A stretch of 31,359 nucleotides of DNA from Octopus sinensis (lineage: Eukaryota), in assembly GCF_006345805.1 (NCBI RefSeq), contig NW_021832295.1, forward strand, positions 1 through 31,359. Reading direction: 5' to 3'. The first letter of the stretch is position 1; the number at the start of each line of letters is the position of its first letter. The notes below the pieces were generated by a model. The model saw nothing but the letters and a program-made list of their open reading frames with translations. It did not search any database and was not told the origin of the DNA. Shown here piece after piece: positions 22,907 to 31,359 of this stretch. A program made the translations under genes and the position numbers.

Positions 22907-23640
22907 TGGAATCGAGTTGCACACATCCGTTCGACTTGTCAAAGACTGATTTGGAACTTTATTGCTTTGTCGCACTTCTTCATACCAGGCTCATCAAACA
23001 GCTTTCATTCCGTCGGCTTTTAGAGAATGGGACATCTTTATAACCATCAACCCACGTATGTCACGGTTATTCTCACCACCAGCACGCCGTGTACATTACT
23101 TTGTTCAAGTGCATGGTTGTCGATTGATTAGCTTATCCTTTAATCCACAACTGTCTGTAGCTACCTCCTTTCTAAAATTAGCGGACACTGCTCTGATTTT
23201 TTTTCTTTAGAGAGGCCCCTTCCACCTGTTGTTAATAGTGGTCCCTGTTATTTTCTGCTTAAACGATCCTTGAAACATGTTCATATTGAGAAAGACGCAT
23301 TCAACTTTCAGCTACTTGGTCTTTATCTATTAGTTTTATCTAAGTTAATATCACAGTAAAAAAGTACTAATTTGTTGGACGCATCACCAACAACACAAAA
23401 CTGTGGATAGCTTAGACTAAGCCTATTGACTAACTTAATGAACATTCTTGAAAATCCAGATGATACCTGTATGACAAATGGAACTGCTTAGTCAAATTTG
23501 AGAGGGTCTTTCAGATTCATCTTCTCTCAAATGCTCCCAGACATTCCCTGGTTTGAACAAAAATGCTATCCCTGTCGCCCTCTGATACTAGTGTACAATG
23601 TGTTCCAGCGTAGTTTCCAGATGCTGCTTATCTAAGGCAC
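22907..23640 (-). mobile_element. Decayed L1/Tx1-type LINE ORF2 fragment (end of APE endonuclease plus linker)
   Basis: Minus strand RPSS*KLNASF (23289-23322; cf. GxGxWKLNxSLL that follows APE domains), then the linker. Heavily mutated. Confidence 0.45.
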
Positions 23641-24299
23641 CACCGCTTCACTATATAGATAGATAAATAGGTAGATAAATAGATAGATAGATCGATAGAT
23701 AGATAGGAACGAGGGAAAAGTAGGCCAACACGTACAACAATTAGTAGGTCGATAACGAAGGAGTAAAATCAAGTGATTAAGAGATATAATTTTGTTGTAG
23801 AGATATAATTTGATTGAAAATATTTTTGACCGTCTAAATGTCTAAGATCAAAGTAAATAAAGTCTAATTAACCACAAGTCATTAATTTTGGCAATAAATT
23901 ACCATCTTTGCATACAGTACTCAAGCCTAGTTTTACTGAGTGTCTGAAATTGTGATTCCCGACTTTTGTTTTTATTTTCCACGCCTATCGCTAGTAGCTC
24001 GACAACTTATCCCCATGTGTCCCCTTAATATCATTACCATTATACTGTAGAATATAATGGAAAATATACAATAAACAATATATAATTAAAGGTAATAACG
24101 ATATTGACATTTAGAAGAAAGTAAACGACAGGAATTACTTATAGGAGGTGAAAAGTAAATTGAATCACGTCAATAAATTGATGATACTTGTGTTAAAAAT
24201 CTGAGGTACGATGAAATAAAAAATCCATTTCAGAGAGATTTGAACTTAGAATTATGAGTATATTAGCAAGAGACCTTTTGGTTTCCGTCACTACTTCAC

Positions 24300-25370
24300 C
24301 TACTATAAATAGTGTTACTAGACAAGGTAAGGGAGTCAGTGTTAGAATACAAGATAAAGAGTTTTGTTAGAAAAGATAGAAAAATGGTTTTATTTGGCAG
24401 GTTAGAAACGTTAGTATAGAAGACAAAGAGGTGTTACTATCAACGACAAATAATTATTTCAGATTTTTGCCACAAGGGCAGCTTGAAGTATTGTCGATTA
24501 CATCAACCTCACTGTTCAACCAGTACTCATTTTATCAACTCCGAAAGGATGAATGGCAAAGTTGACCTCGGTGGAATTTGAACACAGAACGTAGCGACGG
24601 GCGAAATATCGCTAAGCATTTCATCCAGCGTGCTAACGATTCTGCCAGCTTGGCGCCTTATGAATGATAAATAATGATAAAATGTTTTTAGACGAAATAA
24701 AAGCGTGTTGTTAAGCAATTTGTAGTGTTTCTGGACAAGATAAACAGAAACTTATGAAATAAGAGAGTGCTGCCATACAAGATAAACAGAAGCGCTAATA
24801 GACAAGGTAGAAAAAAAGTGTTATTATATAAAGTGTTATATATAAAGAAATGTTACTAGATAAATAAAGAAACAATCCAGGATAAATAGTATGTGATAGA
24901 GGAGTGTTATTAGGCGAGATGAAAAAGTGTTTCTGGACAAGATAAACAGAGGAGTTATTGTACGAGATAAAGTTCTCTAACAAGACAGAAATATTATTAG
25001 AGAAAGCAAAGAGTTGTTATTAGATCAAATAAGATACTATACAAGATAAATAGTGAACTATACGTGATAACGTATGTTATTAGACAAGATAAAAGAGTGT
25101 TATGAAGTAGATATAAAATTATTTCTGGACAAGATAAACAAACGTGTTAATTGTCTCAATAAAGGAGTGTTACAAAACAAAACAGAGAAGAGGTATTAGA
25201 AAAAAATTAGATAAATACTATGAGATAAACTAAGCATACTATAGAGGCTACTATACAAAATAGTGATGCCGTACGTAATAAAGAGTGTTATTAGACAAGA
25301 TAAAATAGTGATATTTATGGAAGATAAAGAAGTGTAGAGAATTGTCATTAAAGAAGAAATGTTACACAAG
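24300..25370. repeat. Degenerate minisatellite, ~22-24-bp unit AGTGTTATTAGACAAGATAAA, with ~200-bp higher-order period
   Basis: TTTCTGGACAAGATAAACA is exact at 24728, 24930 and 25122, with many variant units. Interrupted by SINE B. Confidence 0.7.
24455..24657 (-). mobile_element. SINE family B
   Basis: Minus strand GGCGCCAAGCTGGCAGAATCGTTAGCACGC...GTTCAAATTCCACCGAGGTCAAC. Confidence 0.85.
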
Positions 25371-26575
25371 ATTATGTAGTGAAAGTAGACAATTTAAAGA
25401 CGCACTTCTATGAGTATTACAAAAGATGGATTAAAATACTTGGAAAGTAAATCTAAAATGAATCGCAAGTAGTGTTCCAGGTTGGACACAGTCCAATGGA
25501 TGAAGCCAGTGAAGGAATAAAGAAGAAGACTTAATGAATTCTTTCACTAATAATGTAGCCGTTAAGTAATGTTAACATCATAAACCATTGCAGTCATAGA
25601 CTGACAGATGATGCTTTTGGTAAACAGTCACACGCACATACAAGAACATATGCATAAAATATGGAACGCTTTACAAATTTGTGTTATCCGTTCGCATACA
25701 CACACACACACACACACACTGACACACACAGACACACACACAAACTCATACACACAAATACACACATATATATGTATACATTTATAATATATATATATAT
25801 ATATATATACGTGTGTGTGTGTGTGTGTGTGTGTATATTGTATATATATATATATATATTATTATTTATAAATCATATGAGAGCAAAAGAATGAATGAGA
25901 CCTCGATATTATGTAAAATAGAGGAATTTTTCTATAACCTAATTGACACATATTATATTTATATATATATACATATATATACATACATACATATATATAT
26001 ACACACACACACACGCACACACATATATATATATATGAATATATATATATATATACATATATATAAGTGTGTGTTTATTTATTTATGTGTACAGACACAG
26101 ACACAGACACACACACACATATGTACATATATGTGTAAGTATGAGGAGTAACAAAAAGTAAAGCTCTGTCCAACGTGAGCCTCCTTCGGTTCTTTCTGTT
26201 ACGTTACCGGAAAAATTGTTTCAACAAATATTTACCAAGAAGTTACAATAGGAAAGCATAAGGTATCATTTCATTGCAGGCTTCAATGATTAGGTATTGT
26301 GAATGTATTTTGTATCAACTATCATATTTATATACCTAATCGGAATTTTAATGTTTTGTACCATTAACAATAACAGCCACCGATATCGGAGAGAAATCAA
26401 TATTGTATTCTTATGTTCCTTTGGGCATAAGGAAGAATTTCTCAACATACGTGGTTAATATTTCAATGTATTATGTTCCATCGGCTACTAAAACCACAAA
26501 TATTTGAAAGCTATTATGTTCAGACAAATTCACACGCACACACTCACACACACACACATATATATGTAATATAAA

Positions 26576-26725
26576 GACGGCGAGCTGGTGGAATTGTTAG
26601 CACGCAGGACGAAATGCATAGCGGCATTTCGCCCGTCGCTACTTCTTGAGTTCAAATTCCTCCGAGGTCGATATAATCCGCCTTTCCCCCAAATTTTCAG
26701 GACCTTGTGCTCAGAGTAGAAATAA
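26576..26725 (+). mobile_element. SINE family B with internal deletion
   Basis: GACGGCGAGCTGG head, GAGTTCAAATTCC B-box, joined at GGTCGA to the tail. Confidence 0.8.
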
Positions 26726-26959
26726 TATATATACATATATTTAATGTAGGATAACATTTTTTTCGAAAAAAAATTTTTCAATGGCCAGCATATTAAAAAA
26801 TACCTTTAAAGGTTAAATTTATAAACAACTTATAAATGAGGGCAAACGAAAAAATTTTCTAATGCCATATGCTGAAAATTAGACATATTGTCCATAACCA
26901 TTATAATTTTTCACAGATCGCACGCTACTCTCTACTCCTTTTTTGGAGTATATAAGTTG

Positions 26960-27027
<68 letters not shown>

Positions 27028-27052
27028 ATGTGTGTGTGTGTGTGTGTGTGTG

Positions 27053-27172
27053 TATAATCGACTTGCCTAACTTACTTGTCCTTACATTTATTCCTCTTCG
27101 GGTCAAGTTCAAATCTCTTGAGCACTTCGAAGTGTGTTTTATATAGAAAATACCTGTCTCTAACCTATAAAC
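27053..27172 (+). mobile_element. 3'-tail fragment of the element family at 15159-15520
   Basis: ACTTGCCTAACTT..CTTACATTTA and CTCTTGAGCACT..CTGTCTCT are shared. Flanked by (TG)n and (CA)n. Confidence 0.6.
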
Positions 27173-27226
27173 TACGCACACACACACACACACACACATA
27201 CATAATGTCATATTAATATCTCTCTA

Positions 27227-27301
<75 letters not shown>

Positions 27302-27387
27302 CTAAAGAAGAGAACAAGCACAGAAAACAACAGCACGAGGACGTGATACAGTAAAGTATTAGCAGACGTTCAGGGAAGGAAAGATAT

Positions 27388-27418
<31 letters not shown>

Positions 27419-27469
27419 CATACATACATTTGAAGAAAATGAATACATAAATGAAATTATCAATTTATC

Positions 27470-27519
27470 ATCATAGTCTAGTCAAATTAATAAGTTCATT
27501 AATTTGACTTGACTATGAT
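27470..27519. repeat. Hairpin: 22-bp arms (21/22), 6-nt loop
   Basis: ATCATAGTCTAGTCAAATTAAT-AAGTTC-ATTAATTTGACTTGACTATGAT. Confidence 0.85.
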
Positions 27520-27819
27520 AAATGATTCTTCGAATTTTTAAACATTTTTCTCCTATATCGAAAATAATGTAAATCTCCATAGCGATAACTGGAATACCAG
27601 AGGTGTAAATTACTAATATTGAAGAAGAACCAACGATAATCATGAGTACATATACACGTGAAAAATTTCCACAGTATCGTAAATCGATATTAGTGAAAAA
27701 CTGGTGTATGCTTTGGATAATATACCCTAAGAAAGAACAACTTTCTATGCAGACTAATCTATATATATATATCTATATATATATATAATATATATTATAT
27801 AGATATATATATATATATC

Positions 27820-27854
<35 letters not shown>

Positions 27855-27884
27855 TATATATATATAATATATATATATATATAT

Positions 27885-28147
27885 AATGGGACAAGAACTC
27901 AAAACACCAGACAGTTAGGTGATGCATAAAGGAGACAACCAACATTCAGATAGACATACAAAGAAAACAAGGACCGAAGTTTTCTTTCCTCAGTTGAGTT
28001 CCAGATTATCTTTGCAATTTCAGCTGGTTATACTCGAGATTGCCCCAGCCTGACCAGCCCCAAGGAAAAACTAAGCTAAGAGTACTAGATTCTTTGCAAG
28101 AAAGCAGCGAATGTATACGAAAGCAAAGAAGAAAAAAACGGAGAATA
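27885..28147 (+). mobile_element. (TA)n-embedded short interspersed element, same family as the 28392-28648 fold-back
   Basis: AATGGGACAAGAAC..AAAACA..AGGTGA..CAGATAGAC..CCTCAGT..GCAATTTC collinear with the arms at 28392-28648. Strand assignment is arbitrary. Confidence 0.6.
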
Positions 28148-28172
28148 TGTGTTTGTGTGTGTATGTATGCAT

Positions 28173-28241
<69 letters not shown>

Positions 28242-28391
28242 CGTATGTATGTGTATATGATTAACTTTCTCTTTATTGATATCCCGAAAATTCCACACAG
28301 CCTTGATTTTTTGTCTCATTTCATTTAATATATATATATATAATATAATATATATATATATATAATATCTTATATATTATATATATATATT

Positions 28392-28648
28392 AGGGGACAA
28401 CAAAACATCCAGATATACGATACAAAAAAAACACGAAGGGGTCATTCGAAGCCCCCCACCCTCAGTCAAGAACCGGATCATCCTCGCAATTTCGGCTGAT
28501 TAATCTTGCGAGGATGATCGGTTCTTGACTGAGGGTGAAGGGCTTCGAATGACCTGTCCGTGTTTTGCTTTGTATCGTCTGTCTGGATGTTTTGTTATCC
28601 CCTTTTGTGTCACCTGGTTGTCCGGATGTTTTGCGTTCTTGTCCCATT
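28392..28648. repeat. Fold-back element: ~98-bp imperfect inverted arms, 16-nt loop, right arm extended by 45 nt
   Basis: 28392-28489 versus the reverse complement of 28506-28603. Embedded in (TA)n. Confidence 0.85.
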
Positions 28649-28693
28649 TTGTATTTTATTTTATATATATAGCGGCGTACGTATACTTTATTC

Positions 28694-28726
<33 letters not shown>

Positions 28727-28734
28727 TACATGTG

Positions 28735-28942
28735 TGTGTGTGTGTTTGCTTGCGCAGTACCACCGCTTGACAACCGCTGTTGGTTTGTGTACACCCCCGT
28801 AACTTAGAGGTCGGCAAGAGAAACCGTTAGAATAAGTACAGGGCCTTAAAGTAATAAATACTGGAGTCAGTTCGTTCGACTAAAATCCTATGTAGTACCC
28901 AAAAATGGCCGCAGTCCAATGACTGCAACAAGTAAAAGAATA
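28735..28942 (+). mobile_element. SINE family A 3' half
   Basis: GCTTGACAACCG, CCCCGTAACTTAG and ATGGCCGCAGTCCAATGACTG...GTAAAAGAATA tail. Confidence 0.75.
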
Positions 28943-29467
28943 TAATTCGTCTCTGAATAAGCGTTAGCAGACCAAAAAGGACATAAAAACATTATATATG
29001 AGAGAATTTATATGGGAGAGAACATACTACAACAGAGAATTTTATATGTATATATACTTATGCATTGCAAAGTAATCGAAATCACTTCCATGTTTGCAAA
29101 TAACAACCAGTCCCATGAATTGAATCAAGAACAGTTTAAAAGCTAAGAGCTTCAACGCAAAGAAATAATTAAATTTAAGATTTAATTAGCATTAGGAGAA
29201 TCTGAAATCATATTAGTTAATCTAGTCAAAATTTTATCGTCAATGTTATCATATCACAGTGAGATAACAACCAGCTTTGTAGGACATTTCTCTTCCTATT
29301 TAACAAAAGATTTTCTGAATCAATAGAAATTCTGTCAATTATTTAATAGGAATACTATAAAAGTGAACTACAGTTACATACTGAGCTTATCAAGAATCAT
29401 TTACAGTTACAAACTTAAAAATTACGTCATGAAATTAAGAACTATTTAATTGTCATAATATCGTAAT

Positions 29468-29802
29468 ATGGAATCTTGTTCTTACAAGAGAAATGGCTCG
29501 TACAAAGGCATTCGTGACCGTACCGATGTCTCCGCTGCTGCTACAAAACGAAAAAAAAACTATAAAAAGGCTCACAGATCGTTCATTCAAAAAAGGTGCC
29601 TGATCCAACACAGCAATTCATTCCACAATCACCATCAAGTACACACCACTGCAGTTTCGAAATATATTTGGAAATCAAAAGATCAGTAGAGCAACATCCA
29701 CAGGGTTGTTTAGACCCACTAGAAATAACACCCAAATCCCTCACAAATGACAGAAATTTTGTCCTGAATGCACAAAAAGCCGAGATGATTGCGTCTCAAT
29801 GA
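29468..29802 (+). pseudogene. Decayed GIY-YIG endonuclease of a Penelope-like retroelement
   Basis: SCSYKRNGSYKGIRDRTDVS...KNY...HSNSFHN...TTAVSKYIWKSKD...AQKAEMI parallels the PLE C-terminal pattern CPLxGxCxxxxIVYxAxV..YIG..FKxRxxxHxxSF..TxLSKYIWxLKD..EKxxI. The catalytic motifs are eroded. Confidence 0.6.
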
Positions 29803-30289
29803 AGGGAGATGTAGAGTAGAAAAGAAAGATAAGCACAAGGTGTGAAGTGGTAATAGGTTTAATTACTAAATGAATTGCAAAACAACAGGAGTCATGTAAA
29901 CACCTTCATTAACGTATAGTCGTTTTGGCTATAAGGAACTGTGGGTGCAGCCAGAGTTGAGTGCCATTCCGACATATTATGGCTGCGGTTTACACCCCCA
30001 TACACACATTGTCCCTACAACACAATTGTGTCATTGTAGGGGCAATGCAGTGTTCTTGAAAAGAAAGAAAAATTATGAATTGCGATTGTTCAGAATTATA
30101 AATACATATATCCACCAAACATACACACATACACATACATATATGTGTGTGTTGTGTGGTGCGTATGTGTGTGCATAGTATTTATATATATGTAATGTGT
30201 AATATATATGTATGTATATATGTATATTAATTATAATCTATATATATCTATATATATATATATATATGTATGTTGTATATATATATATC

Positions 30290-30470
30290 TTTTCTTTTAT
30301 CCTTTATTTGTTTCCAGTAATTTGACTGCTTTGAGGTTTAGGGTCGATGAGATCGATCCCAGGGCAAATTTTTTAAAGCCTAGTACTTATTCTATCGATC
30401 TCTTAGGCTATGTTACAGGGTCTAAACCACAAGTACCGTTGTCATGGCAATGACAAACACAGACAAAAAT
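30290..30470 (-). mobile_element. SINE family A 3' fragment
   Basis: AAGCCTAGTACTTATTCTATCG is identical to the block in the 18345-18664 copy. Confidence 0.7.
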
Positions 30471-30557
30471 ACACACAACACTCACACACTACACACCCAG
30501 ATATATATATATATATATAATATATATATATAGATATATATAATATATTATATCTAA

Positions 30558-31029
30558 AGAAATATTAAAATTACTAAGTCTCTCTAAAAGAGAACAACGG
30601 CAGCGTTCCCGGAAAATATTAGTTATCGCCATACTAATATGGCATTCTTATAAAAATAGGAAAAAAGCTGACGCGCTTATTAGCTCCATGAGGCCATCGC
30701 CTTAAGTTAGCTATTTGATACACAAACTGTATCCTTAACCTTGAACAAGGAGGTCAGTCGCTCCACACTACTTGGCCGGCAGCTACAGACGCGTTTCGGG
30801 GTATTGCCCCTTTTCAATGCAGCGTAGCCAAACCAGTAGGTGTCGCTTCCGACACTCTGTTCAAAGTTTTATTTACCTAGCTTCGGTGGAATACATCCAC
30901 TTGTTTTCAATAATAGAAATATTAAAATTACTAAGTCTCTCTAAAAGAGAACAACGGCAGCGTTCCCGGAAAATATTAGTTATCGCCATACTAATATGGC
31001 ATTCTTATAAAAATAAGAAAAAAGCTAAC
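30558..31029 (-). mobile_element. Hammerhead-bearing non-coding retroelement (retrozyme-like or Penelope pseudo-LTR): 357-nt unit plus 115-nt terminal redundancy
   Basis: 30558-30672 and 30915-31029 are 113/115 identical direct repeats, with the hammerhead between them. Flanked by (TA)n and (CA)n. Confidence 0.75.
30768..30839 (-). ncRNA. Type I hammerhead ribozyme, U3-A8 core variant, extended stem I
   Basis: Minus strand CTACTGGTTTGGC-TAC-GCTGCA-TTGAAAA-GGGG-CAATA-CCCC-GAAA-CGCG-TC-TGTAGC-T-GCCGGCCAAGTAG. Predicted cleavage after GUC, between 30788 and 30787. Confidence 0.85.
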
Positions 31030-31359
31030 ATACACTATACACAGTTGCACACACACACACACACACACATTACATATGCAGTATAATCATTTATTCTGCA
31101 GTTGTGTTTATTATTCCAATGCAACACATCAAGCAACTAATGAACTACAGTTGCCGATGCGATGTTGTTCTTAGATTTTGAAAATCATTGTGATATTTCA
31201 CCCCCCTCTCCCACCCCCACCCCACCCCACTCTTCTTGATTGATTTTACCCATCAAAAGATCAAATGCCAAGCACTGCCCCAACATGTGTTCCCCCCCCC
31301 ACAGCCTTGTTTTCACACACATATAACACACATATACTACATATACACATATATATATA

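Noticed and set aside
24700-25330. CRISPR-like repeat/spacer pattern
   Set aside because: The intervening sequence is itself degenerate repeat, spacing is irregular, there are no cas genes, and the context is eukaryotic.
3970-26725. A/B-box sequences as tRNA genes
   Set aside because: They are SINE heads followed by repeated bodies and tails, and none folds as a full cloverleaf.
27965-27996. Minus-strand CTGAGGA-AA-GAAA-ACTTCGG-TC hammerhead-like string
   Set aside because: There is no stem II, and the sister copies at 28392-28648 do not keep the core.
2373-28802. Numerous ORFs rich in YI, CV, HT, MYVC, poly-I or poly-L
   Set aside because: They are translations of (TA)n, (TG)n, (TATG)n and (TTA)n microsatellites, which lack stop codons in those frames.
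29493-29507. ATGGCTCGTACAAAG = MARTK, the histone H3 start
   Set aside because: It continues AFVTVP rather than QTARKS, and lies out of frame inside the GIY-YIG relic.

Overview
AT-rich, repeat-saturated eukaryotic DNA that looks intronic or intergenic. The tRNA-headed SINE families, dense microsatellites and R4/Dong LINEs suggest a cephalopod, most likely Octopus; this is inferred, not confirmed by a search. No intact protein-coding gene is supported. Most supplied ORFs are microsatellite translations, and the rest are decayed transposon fragments: R4/Dong RT and restriction-like endonuclease, L1/Tx1 ORF2, hAT and mariner C-termini, and a Penelope-type GIY-YIG. The strongest hidden signals are these. 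(1) Three minus-strand type I hammerhead ribozyme motifs sit in short microsatellite-embedded elements. The best (30768-30839) is a U3-A8 covariant with Schistosoma-like tertiary-contact geometry, inside a 357-nt-period partial tandem resembling a retrozyme or Penelope pseudo-LTR. (2) A SINE appears inserted twice at the same 14-bp site inside a copy of its own family (8352-8960). (3) Long fold-back elements lie in (TA)n tracts. (4) R4/Dong LINE pieces abut (CATA)n and (TAA)n arrays. (5) There is a non-autonomous Helitron cluster with reiterated 5' ends. All calls were made by eye, and boundaries of decayed repeats are approximate.
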